IMG/VR virus record: IMGVR_UViG_3300048552_000127
Source of the DNA: an uncultured virus (IMG/VR IMGVR_UViG_3300048552_000127)
Lineage: Duplodnaviria; Heunggongvirae; Uroviricota; Caudoviricetes
DNA length: 20,000 nt
Strand: one strand, 5' to 3'
The stretch's first letter is position 1. Every line of letters begins with the position of its first letter. The notes below the pieces were generated by a model that did no database searches, was not told the DNA's origin, and saw nothing but the letters and a program-made list of their open reading frames with translations. Below, one piece after another: positions 1 through 7,896 of the stretch. The position numbers and the translations under genes are program-made.

Positions 1-54
1 CATTCGGTGTATTTCATTATCTTCTATAAGAGCAATGTTAATCTTTCTTATCAT
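1..54 (-). CDS. 5' fragment of a putative response-regulator receiver (CheY-like) protein; runs off the window
   Basis: Not in the ORF track. ATG at 54-52 with GAGG 6 nt upstream; overlaps the end of 38..379. Reads MIRKINIALIEDNEIHRM with no stop: a hydrophobic beta-strand followed by ED, as in the receiver acidic pocket. Only 18 codons are visible. Confidence 0.45.
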   Translation of the reverse strand, partial: MIRKINIALIEDNEIHRM

Positions 55-379
55 CTTTAGCCTCTAATAACTCTTGCATTATCTTATTATAAGTGGCTAA
101 CTGTACTCTCTGAGATTCAATGATACCTATATACTTATGCTTCTCCACCTGACACTCATTAACTGACCGTTGTAGCTCTGTAACCTTATCAGTTAAGGCT
201 TCTATCTTAGCCTCTAGTTTCACTTTATGTTCTTTATTCATAATAGTTAAACATATATTAGGGTTTTTAAATATGAACAGTATTAACCCTATGAAGAATA
301 GTATAAAGAGTATACCTGTCAGTCCTACTTTATCGTACAATAATGGGATTCCATTAATTATATCTACTAGCCATCCCAC
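38..379 (-). CDS. membrane-anchored coiled-coil protein (holin-like/lysis-region protein)
   Basis: GTG start with AGGAG upstream; one strong TM helix (GLTGILFILFFIGLILFIF) followed by a heptad-rich C-terminus; lies downstream of the probable holin. Confidence 0.6.
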   Translation of the reverse strand: MGWLVDIINGIPLLYDKVGLTGILFILFFIGLILFIFKNPNICLTIMNKEHKVKLEAKIEALTDKVTELQRSVNECQVEKHKYIGIIESQRVQLATYNKIMQELLEAKDDKKD

Positions 380-394
380 TTAACACTCCTATGC

Positions 395-526
395 TATAAG
401 CTAATATAAGCCATTCTAAGGGCTTTAAATTGTGGATATTCACTACCCTGTAGGGTAGCACTACTTAACACTAAAACGCTCTGAAACACCCCTTAATGAA
501 GCTTCTCAGGGGTGTATTATAAGCTA
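395..526 (-). other. structured intergenic element (tandem hairpins, flanking 9-bp direct repeat)
   Basis: Inverted repeats ACACCCCT 486-493/508-515 and CTACCCT 443-449/452-458; imperfect arms 414-428/471-485; TATAAGCTA at 395-403 and 518-526. Confidence 0.65.
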
Positions 527-527
527 T

Positions 528-1046
528 CTAATCCTTCTTATTGTTATTACTAAATAGAGCCACGTTCTTCATAGAACTACCACGAGTAGTACCTACAAAG
601 TAAGCTACAGAGCTAATCCAAGCTGTTAGATAAGAACCAAATATAGTGTCTATCACTCGTTGATTAGCTTCTGGTATTACATGGAACATAAGAGTAGCTG
701 TAAAGGCAATTAAACCTACTGTCAATATGTACATTATATTAGCAGGGGTGTTACTATCTTTATGTGCTTCTCTGGCATTAGATATATCTTTAAGTTCAGA
801 TGTCTGTAACTCTACATCTAACTCCTTCATTCTAATCTTAAAGGCGTAATCAGCACTCTTGATCTTAAACACTTGTTCTGGTGTTGCAGACTCTATAAAC
901 TGCTCTAAAGCAACCTCATCTTTAATCTCTACACCTACAGCATCACTTACAGCTTTAATAGCCAGTGAAGGTAGTGTAGCACCTCCTGATAAGACTGCAC
1001 CTACGATGTGAGGAGCATACTCCTTTAATTTATCTGTCCAGCTCAT
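528..1046 (-). CDS. probable holin (3TM/GTA-holin-like family)
   Basis: N-terminal amphipathic segment, coiled region ending D-x-x-x-AR, two TM helices and C-terminal YFVGTTRGSSMK, resembling the YFFGSS-x-GS-x-x-K signature of this family. Confidence 0.65.
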   Translation of the reverse strand: MSWTDKLKEYAPHIVGAVLSGGATLPSLAIKAVSDAVGVEIKDEVALEQFIESATPEQVFKIKSADYAFKIRMKELDVELQTSELKDISNAREAHKDSNTPANIMYILTVGLIAFTATLMFHVIPEANQRVIDTIFGSYLTAWISSVAYFVGTTRGSSMKNVALFSNNNKKD

Positions 1047-1411
1047 TTATCCTTCTCCTTAAACTCATCTGGAAATTCATACTTTCCAGCTTTATATGTA
1101 TGATTCGGGTCGAATGTAAATAACCAATCTATAAGATTAGCCCAGAAGTAAATGTAAGAGTTCTTAACGCCTCTCCTACTCTCCTCTAATACTTTCAACC
1201 CTGTGACACCTGATATAGACTTATATGTAGTTCTATACACATAAGAACAAGCGGCTATATCTTCTCCATGAGCGCAAGAAAAGAAGTAGTCACTTAGTTC
1301 ATCCCACTCTCTGTGCAAAGATAATACTATTACATTCCTAGTAAAACCTAATACTTTTAATACAAAGAAGACGGGAATAGAAAGAATAAATAATAGTATA
1401 TTTCTAAGCAT
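1043..1411 (-). CDS. phage membrane-associated hypothetical protein
   Basis: AGGAG RBS; N-terminal hydrophobic helix; SISG..G and LIDWLFTFDPNH resemble the ETISS...LD..DPNHC small proteins often found after tail fibre genes. Confidence 0.55.
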   Translation of the reverse strand: MLRNILLFILSIPVFFVLKVLGFTRNVIVLSLHREWDELSDYFFSCAHGEDIAACSYVYRTTYKSISGVTGLKVLEESRRGVKNSYIYFWANLIDWLFTFDPNHTYKAGKYEFPDEFKEKDK

Positions 1412-1423
1412 TGTTAACTCCTA

Positions 1424-1957
1424 TTACAGTTTAGCAATATACGTAGCAAAAATAACTTTTATCTCTGATCTATTATGAGACATAGCATCTGCAAAATCTT
1501 GTTTAGTCATAGTTATAGGGTTGTTATTAATATCAATCCAACCTTCAACATCTCCACTGCCCATATTATCACGTGCTTCTTTCATCATTAAATAATCAGA
1601 AGCGTAATCTGGATGGCGTGCTTGAACAACAACACTGTCAGAGGGACGTGTCCAAGCTATATTTGCTAGAGAAGTATTTCTAATATTTATAGGTAGATTA
1701 GAAGCCACTTCTTGTGCGGCTGCTTCACTTGCTATGTTTTCAGCTTTCACCGTGGCGTGTAAATCAATCAAATATTCATAAGCAGAAAAATCCGTTATTT
1801 CTTCGTTAAGGGTATTGTCTTTATATTCAATACTCCCTCCTTCTAATACTGAATCCCAATGAATAACCCAGATATTATCATCAATCAATAGATCAGCTAC
1901 TATGGATTCTCCATCTATGACAATAGATTGTTCTTCATTTATAATAGTAATTTTCAT
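1424..1957 (-). CDS. tail fibre assembly/chaperone protein (C-terminal DUF4376-like domain)
   Basis: Directly follows the fibre gene; acidic; N-terminal ITII...IDG...IHW...G.IEYKD and C-terminal WIDINNNPITMT motifs. Confidence 0.65.
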   Translation of the reverse strand: MKITIINEEQSIVIDGESIVADLLIDDNIWVIHWDSVLEGGSIEYKDNTLNEEITDFSAYEYLIDLHATVKAENIASEAAAQEVASNLPINIRNTSLANIAWTRPSDSVVVQARHPDYASDYLMMKEARDNMGSGDVEGWIDINNNPITMTKQDFADAMSHNRSEIKVIFATYIAKL

Positions 1958-1961
1958 TTAT

Positions 1962-3137
1962 CTATACCTTTATAATGAAACATAATGTGTAAAATTCTGG
2001 CTCACTTGAAGCTGAACTCACAGACCCCGTAATACCGTGGGTATGCGAAGCACCGCCGCCTGCAGAAACAGTGTTAGTATAGCCAACACTGCCATTCGCT
2101 GCGTATGAAATCAAATTACTTGTACTTCCATCCCCATTTCTCATAGCCACGGGGTGAGTGTGGCTAGGCATTTGCGCTGTGGTAAGTGTATGTGCTGCAC
2201 CAGTAAAAGTATCAGCGTGTGTATGAGTAGCTGAGCCTCCTGTAGTTCCTGCAACACTAGAGCCTTTAATAAACTTGCCGATGAGATTAGGAGTACCATT
2301 CGTTCCATCACATAATAAGTAACCAGAGGGCACATTAGCCGCCAAACCAGACCACATAGATATGATGCCTGTTGGTTCATCTAACCTCTTCCAAGCTGCT
2401 GGAGTTCCGTTTGTTATAACTCTAGTAAATATTTGATCTGGAATAAAATCATGCAGTGTTTGACTTACAAAAGTAGACGTTCTTACTATTGAAGTCAGCA
2501 CTCCTACTTTTGAAGACCCTGAGGGAAACGTCCCCATAGAAGCGGCGGAAGTAGTAATAAAGCCAGTGCTGGTAATACTGTCAATATTTACAACAGGGCT
2601 GGGGGCTAATCCTAAATCATCTATAGGTGTGGATGTGAAAACCCCTGTCTCCAACCGCGTAACACTAACAGTCGAAGATGTTAAGCGTTTTACTCTAAAC
2701 GTGGCAGAGCCATCTTTCACAACCATATTTCCAACCAAGGTAACACCGACACCCGCCGCGATAGTTACATCAAAATCAGCAAGGTTAATAACCGTAAACT
2801 CGAAATTACTACCGTCCACGCTACCTGTTAATCCAGCTATGATATTAGCTACAGTATCGGTCGTCAAAGTACGAGCAACTGTTGGGGTGATAGTAAACTC
2901 ACCACCTATAAGCTGCGCCGCTGTTAGTGTTGCATCTGCATCGGCTAGGGAAGTGCTGGTTATTAAATTTAAACTATCAAAGACTTGTGCCATCTCATCT
3001 TTGATAACTAATCCAGATATATTCTTATCTACGCCGCCATTAACCGTGACAAATAAATCACTATCTTCAATACTTGTATTAGCATCTAACTCTGTAATTC
3101 TTTTTGTTGAAATAGGTAGATTAGTAATTTCCCCCAT
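1962..3137 (-). CDS. tail fibre protein (anchor, beta-rich domain, knob, collar, HxH needle tip)
   Basis: KRITEL-type N-terminus; knob-like region aa ~180-252; collar motif PTGIISMWSG...PSGYLLCDGTNGTPNLIGKFIKG; three HTH motifs; C-terminus PEFYTLCFIIKV; GAGGAG RBS. Confidence 0.9.
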   Translation of the reverse strand: MGEITNLPISTKRITELDANTSIEDSDLFVTVNGGVDKNISGLVIKDEMAQVFDSLNLITSTSLADADATLTAAQLIGGEFTITPTVARTLTTDTVANIIAGLTGSVDGSNFEFTVINLADFDVTIAAGVGVTLVGNMVVKDGSATFRVKRLTSSTVSVTRLETGVFTSTPIDDLGLAPSPVVNIDSITSTGFITTSAASMGTFPSGSSKVGVLTSIVRTSTFVSQTLHDFIPDQIFTRVITNGTPAAWKRLDEPTGIISMWSGLAANVPSGYLLCDGTNGTPNLIGKFIKGSSVAGTTGGSATHTHADTFTGAAHTLTTAQMPSHTHPVAMRNGDGSTSNLISYAANGSVGYTNTVSAGGGASHTHGITGSVSSASSEPEFYTLCFIIKV

Positions 3138-3155
3138 TATATACTCCTCTTTTTA

Positions 3156-3518
3156 TTAAACTGTTTTTCTAAATACATTGTTAACCTCTCCTGCTAAAGT
3201 TTGAGTACCTACTAACACCCATGTACCACCTAGTCGTACACTTATAGCTGTAGCATCTTCTGCTGAAGTAGTAGTATGTGTATCTCCTACTGAATACCTA
3301 TCATCTAGGTGTGCTATATAGCTGAATATATTATTAAATATAGTGTTAATGAAAGGTCTGTACCAATCTTGTCTTACTTTAAATCCAGTTCTCTGTACTT
3401 GTTCTGGGACAGGGAATTTATTAGCGTATGCTTGTTCCCCATCCCCTGTCCCTAAATCTCTGACTTCAAAGAAAGTATCTGTAGCCCATTCCAACCTGTC
3501 TTCTGGCCTTGCTGCCAT
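3156..3518 (-). CDS. short baseplate/tail-fibre attachment protein
   Basis: RP...EWATD...NK.P.P...TGF...FIN.IFNN resembles the N-terminal baseplate-binding module of myovirus fibres; lies between the wedge and fibre genes. Confidence 0.6.
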   Translation of the reverse strand: MAARPEDRLEWATDTFFEVRDLGTGDGEQAYANKFPVPEQVQRTGFKVRQDWYRPFINTIFNNIFSYIAHLDDRYSVGDTHTTTSAEDATAISVRLGGTWVLVGTQTLAGEVNNVFRKTV

Positions 3519-3519
3519 A

Positions 3520-4287
3520 CTATGCCTCCGTTACTTCTTGCCATGCTAAATGACTTCCATCACTTAACTCTATAAAACTTCCATCATCTGTTACATACAA
3601 CCCTGAACTTACATTATATTGAGTCTTACCAAATAGCTCAGATAAAGGGTTTATATCTTCTCCTATCTCTGGGAGAAAAGATGTACCTTCATCCCAAGAG
3701 TGTTGATAAGCATCTGTGGCTAAATAACTGCCATCACTTAACTCTACTAATTCATCATTATCTGTAATATATAGTGCTTCAGTTTCTATTAACTCTGCAC
3801 CTACAAATGCTTCATTATTGTGATTATAAGATAATAAACCACATACCCCTGCTGCCATTACATCATCATTTATTTTAGCTATACGTGATGTAAACCCTTG
3901 TGACACTTGTGTAATAACTAGAGCTGGGTAGTGTTCAAATAATGTAGGATTTTCTGTACCAGTTAAAGATTTAATAATATCTAGTACAACAGGTATAGTA
4001 CCGTCTGAGTTATTAATAGCTAACCTGTTTAAGATAGCTGTTCTATAAGTTTCATCTGATCTGTTATCTCTAGTCTCCCCAGCAAATATACCTAGTACAT
4101 CTAACTGCGTACCTATTGCAACATTAATACCTCGTTGGGTTAGCAGATCATGTAATACATCTTCTAACTTCTGTATCTCTTTTAAGTAAGCCTTAGTAAT
4201 ACCCGTTGCTATAGGTTTATTATTCCAGAATGTAATTAAATAATCTAAGCCAGAAGTTACATGATCTTGTTTTTCTAAATAAGCCAT
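3520..4287 (-). CDS. baseplate wedge protein (DUF2612-like)
   Basis: AIGTQLDVLG..AGE.R..RSDETYR..I...NNSDGT motif; follows the baseplate J-like gene. Confidence 0.8.
   Translation of the reverse strand: MAYLEKQDHVTSGLDYLITFWNNKPIATGITKAYLKEIQKLEDVLHDLLTQRGINVAIGTQLDVLGIFAGETRDNRSDETYRTAILNRLAINNSDGTIPVVLDIIKSLTGTENPTLFEHYPALVITQVSQGFTSRIAKINDDVMAAGVCGLLSYNHNNEAFVGAELIETEALYITDNDELVELSDGSYLATDAYQHSWDEGTSFLPEIGEDINPLSELFGKTQYNVSSGLYVTDDGSFIELSDGSHLAWQEVTEA
3545..3746. repeat. intragenic direct repeat (26/28 nt) encoding ELSDGSxLA twice
   Basis: gctaaatgacttccatcacttaactcta at 3545-3572 versus gctaaataactgccatcacttaactcta at 3719-3746. Confidence 0.85.
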
Positions 4288-4295
4288 ATATCTCC

Positions 4296-5747
4296 TTACA
4301 CTTGAAGCACAACTACATCTGCATTAGTCGTACTAGCAAACTCAGTTTCACTTATAGATAATTTAGTTGTCTGCCAATTAGCAGGATTAGGTGCATCTCC
4401 TTGGTTAGCAATTACTTGTACCCTTATCTCTAACAACTCTAAAGAACCTACAGCAGATATTATATCTCCGAAGTAAGTAATAGGTATAACATCTTGTCCT
4501 AATTGAGATAGATTAACTTTATCAGTTAATGTACTTTCTATCAGTGCATCCCCTTCAGGTGGGAATGTAGATTCTGTGTGTTCTGTATAGTCCACTTCAA
4601 AAGCTAAGTTAATACTTACTGGGCGTGTTATACTTATATCTCTATCATTACCGTACTTATCTGTTACTACTAGAGGAGTATTGCCAAAGGCTTGTATACC
4701 TGCTGGTTTAGCTGTCAATACTGCTGTCCCGATATCTGTATCTGTGCCACCTTGTACAATAGTTTCAAAACTATGTTCTGGCCTTCCTGCTGCGTCTGTA
4801 ACGGACGTATCATTCTCCACCACCTTAGCTGTAGTGACACCATCAACTAATCTTGTATCGTCTTGTATGGCCTCCACTGTAGCTTTACCAGATGCACTCT
4901 GAGATGATACTATTCTAATCCTGTAATCTTCATCAGATTCTTTACTTCTACCTTGTGTATAAGCAATAGGGTTAGTTGTAACTACAGATGAACTTGTCAC
5001 CATACGTGTTACACTATTAGTTGGTACATTGATAGCCCCAACCACTTGAGACTCTACATACCCAATCACTGTTATATCATTAGAAAGTAAGTAAGCAGGA
5101 GTAGATATGGCTAAAGGTTTATTGTTAGTCGCTTCTATTACTAAGTAGTTATTAACTAAATCTAATGAAGTTATGAACTCAGTGGAAGCTACAGCATCTA
5201 AACTAGCCTTTAATCCTGTGATTATTTCTAAGGATGTAGCGTCTGCATCACTTGTATATGTGTATGCTACACTATTAACATCTACTCTATACAGTGTGGT
5301 ATCTAATATTTGATCCACTTTGTATTCTATCTTCACACAAGAGCTAGAATTAACGCCTATATTAGCTGTAGTTACAAATCTATCTAATGTACTAGGATTC
5401 TCTAAGATAGAACCGTTAGGTATATTAAAACCTGCCTTCTGCGTGAAGTGTTGGGTACTTGTAAAAGACTTTGTAGCACCTTGTCTTGCAACTAAGTTAA
5501 ATGCACCTACATCGTCTAAGTTAGTACCTTCTGCTTTATTAGGGTTCTGACTATCATTCACAGCTTGTAACAGCTCATATATCTCTGCTATCTTTTGTGC
5601 AAGGATGTTAGTCTGTTGTCCAAACTTCTCATCATCTCTTACACTTATATTCTCTAAACCTTCTACTTCTTTGTAAGAGGTTATTAAATTCTCTACTACG
5701 TCTGGCTGCCTGTCTATAACAAGACCTTCGGATGTTAACCCTGCCAT
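4296..5747 (-). CDS. baseplate wedge protein (J/gp47-like)
   Basis: MAGLTSEGL, AEGTNLD, GRSKESDEDYRIR, VVENDT...GRPEHSFETIVQGG...KPAGIQAFG motifs. Confidence 0.9.
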   Translation of the reverse strand: MAGLTSEGLVIDRQPDVVENLITSYKEVEGLENISVRDDEKFGQQTNILAQKIAEIYELLQAVNDSQNPNKAEGTNLDDVGAFNLVARQGATKSFTSTQHFTQKAGFNIPNGSILENPSTLDRFVTTANIGVNSSSCVKIEYKVDQILDTTLYRVDVNSVAYTYTSDADATSLEIITGLKASLDAVASTEFITSLDLVNNYLVIEATNNKPLAISTPAYLLSNDITVIGYVESQVVGAINVPTNSVTRMVTSSSVVTTNPIAYTQGRSKESDEDYRIRIVSSQSASGKATVEAIQDDTRLVDGVTTAKVVENDTSVTDAAGRPEHSFETIVQGGTDTDIGTAVLTAKPAGIQAFGNTPLVVTDKYGNDRDISITRPVSINLAFEVDYTEHTESTFPPEGDALIESTLTDKVNLSQLGQDVIPITYFGDIISAVGSLELLEIRVQVIANQGDAPNPANWQTTKLSISETEFASTTNADVVVLQV

Positions 5748-5768
5748 ACTCCCTCCTTAATTATTATT

Positions 5769-6167
5769 CTAATTTAACCCTACTACTAAGGGAGTGTCAG
5801 TGCCTACACTTATACTTCCAGATTTAGTTAATGCTTCAAAAGAGATACTTAGTTGTCTAGTTGGTTTATCTAGTGTAGACTCGTAAGTGACTATCTCTAA
5901 GATATTCCCCCTATTTAATATATCTTCTTTTATATACTGATCTACTAATTGTTTAGTAGTTTTACCTAAGATAGATAGACTGTTATTATCATTCTCTATC
6001 CAAGGTATTCCAGCATCAATATTGAAATCCCATTCACCTCTATAAGTGGAGAGACTTATTAACACTTGCTGTCTGCTGGACTGCTCTATTGTATCTGTAA
6101 ACTGTACAACACCATTGATAACTTTTACATCACCTGTTGTTTCATCTAATAAATAATCTACACTCAT
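5769..6167 (-). CDS. baseplate protein / sheath initiator (gp25/DUF2634-like)
   Basis: LSTYRGEWDFNIDAGIPW motif; position between spike and J-like genes. Confidence 0.8.
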   Translation of the reverse strand: MSVDYLLDETTGDVKVINGVVQFTDTIEQSSRQQVLISLSTYRGEWDFNIDAGIPWIENDNNSLSILGKTTKQLVDQYIKEDILNRGNILEIVTYESTLDKPTRQLSISFEALTKSGSISVGTDTPLVVGLN

Positions 6168-6829
6168 CTAAATACAACCTCTGTATCTTGTTGTGTGTTG
6201 CCATCTGAATCATTATCTTGTTCATGATAATGTTGCTCACCTATCTCAATACCATTTTGGGTAATAGATGAAGTGTTCTGTGCGATAGTCCCACTGACAT
6301 TAGTTATCTTATTGCCACTGATATTCTCTATGTAGTCACCATTAACATCTACTTGTAAGTTGCCATTAGGTTTCATCTTAAAGCTGCTATCAGCGAACTT
6401 AATCTCTAAGTCATCCGGGTTAGGGTGTAAGTTAGTAGATACTGTAGGGCAACCTAGTGTTGCAAAGCAATCAGTAATAGCAAACCTTCTCTTGTCAGAT
6501 GGAGGTAGTGGTGAATCTCCAAGGCTAAGTAAATAGTTATCTAAACCTTGTTTACTAAACTCTAGCCTCACCTTATCCCCTACTTTCACAGGAAGAGATA
6601 TTAATGCACCTCCTCCTTCTTGTAAGCAGACAATAACACTAGGTATTACATCAAACTGGATAGACTCATTATCCTCTTCAAAGGTATTGACAAGAGGTTG
6701 TACATCTATCATCTGATCAGATTGGTAGTCATCTACGTTAGTGACTCTGGCAACCATACTAAGATTAATATTCTTATATACATAATCCCTTACAATATTA
6801 CCCACTTCATCCACAAAATTCTTATTCAT
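6164..6829 (-). CDS. baseplate central spike (Gp138 N-terminal OB domain)
   Basis: IDVQPL, LPVKVGD.V.L.FS, RRFAITDCFA motifs; beta-repeat C-terminus with apical HYH. Confidence 0.85.
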   Translation of the reverse strand: MNKNFVDEVGNIVRDYVYKNINLSMVARVTNVDDYQSDQMIDVQPLVNTFEEDNESIQFDVIPSVIVCLQEGGGALISLPVKVGDKVRLEFSKQGLDNYLLSLGDSPLPPSDKRRFAITDCFATLGCPTVSTNLHPNPDDLEIKFADSSFKMKPNGNLQVDVNGDYIENISGNKITNVSGTIAQNTSSITQNGIEIGEQHYHEQDNDSDGNTQQDTEVVFR

Positions 6830-7896
6830 TATCCTTGCAACTTTCTAGTTTTAATTATAGTATCCCAAGCATTACCTTCAAAGTCTAAATTATGTGATAT
6901 ACTCTCTATTGGGTATGTACCATTAAAGTCTTGACCTACATTTTCAATACTAATAGCCATGTTAGCCTGTACCCTTCCATTAAGAAAAGTTCTAGCAACA
7001 ATACCTTCATCTTTTACTTTAGAACCTTGTGTCTCTTTAGAGTTATCCCCTTGTCTCTCTAAGGGAGCTTTAAGTGTTTCAGGTTCTAATATGAAAGTTT
7101 CAACGTACTGAGCTACACCTTTAGGTTCTACATATAACTTACCTAATACTGTGTAGAATCTATAATCCATACCATCGCAAAACTTACTTATCTCTTCAAA
7201 CAGATTACCCGCTGCTGAATAACCAAAGGGGTATGTATCTTCTACAGGGCTTTGGAAATCACCTATCTTTATCTGAACCTTACCTACAGGTACAAAGTTA
7301 GACTTAGCTATTAATAGCATATCTTCTAACACTTGCTTTTTAGTTGTATTCTTAGGCCAACTCTTAGAGAACTTTAATGACTTCTTAGGTATATTATTAT
7401 CTGCACATACTATCTTAGTGATATATGTACCAGTGGAGGAATCTCTTGTAGTTGTTACTGATTTAACTTGAGAAGCTAGTAGTAATGGTAGATCATCATA
7501 ATCTACATCACGGCTACCTATATCTATTTTATAACCTGCTCTAAGGAATAACATATCATTTACACGTATACTATTTTTAGTGTCTTCTGTTAAGTTATCT
7601 AAATAAATAACAGAAGATTGATTGCCGCCATTACTTCCAGACTTACTATATACAATAGTAGCTCTCATACCAAGATCACGTATCTCTATAAACTTATCTG
7701 GGATAGTTCTATAATCATGGAAGCCTATACCATTACTTGTGTCTCCTAAGCCTTGAGAACTATCTATTATCTTAGTAGCTGCTAGGTATCTAGGTACAGC
7801 CACTTTTGAGATATACCTAGGTAAAGTATTTACTATATTAGTGGATAACCTTCCTACAATTAAAGAATATCTTCTGTCAAATACTTCATAACTCAT
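6829..7896 (-). CDS. baseplate hub protein
   Basis: RRYSLIVG, NLTEDTK, FLRAGY, NGTYPIESISHNLDFEGNAWDT motifs; synteny. Confidence 0.8.
   Translation of the reverse strand: MSYEVFDRRYSLIVGRLSTNIVNTLPRYISKVAVPRYLAATKIIDSSQGLGDTSNGIGFHDYRTIPDKFIEIRDLGMRATIVYSKSGSNGGNQSSVIYLDNLTEDTKNSIRVNDMLFLRAGYKIDIGSRDVDYDDLPLLLASQVKSVTTTRDSSTGTYITKIVCADNNIPKKSLKFSKSWPKNTTKKQVLEDMLLIAKSNFVPVGKVQIKIGDFQSPVEDTYPFGYSAAGNLFEEISKFCDGMDYRFYTVLGKLYVEPKGVAQYVETFILEPETLKAPLERQGDNSKETQGSKVKDEGIVARTFLNGRVQANMAISIENVGQDFNGTYPIESISHNLDFEGNAWDTIIKTRKLQG

Noticed and set aside
443..458. REP-type GTAG palindrome
   Set aside because: Single copy in the window and no RAYT/HUH gene; kept only as part of the structured element.
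2141..2380. Same-strand nested ORFs 2141..2380, 13287..13478 and 16305..16517
   Set aside because: Off-frame ORFs inside conserved genes with Leu/Gln-rich composition typical of alternate frames and no motif. The one in the capsid gene is too far from the stop to be a C-terminal frameshift extension.
1962..3137. Diversity-generating retroelement or invertible segment at the fibre
   Set aside because: No second copy of the fibre 3' end, reverse transcriptase, recombinase or flanking inverted sites were seen in the window.
2566..3159. 197-aa + strand ORF and the other + strand ORFs (3343, 4681, 5320, 6698, 9365, 11854, 12422, 13079, 14871, 17552, 17799, 18135, 18731, 19281)
   Set aside because: They are antisense shadows of clear structural genes, with no recognisable motifs.
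7781..7823. Repeated CTAGGTA and palindrome TACCTAGGTA in the hub gene
   Set aside because: Short and largely explained by two Pro-Arg-Tyr codon runs.
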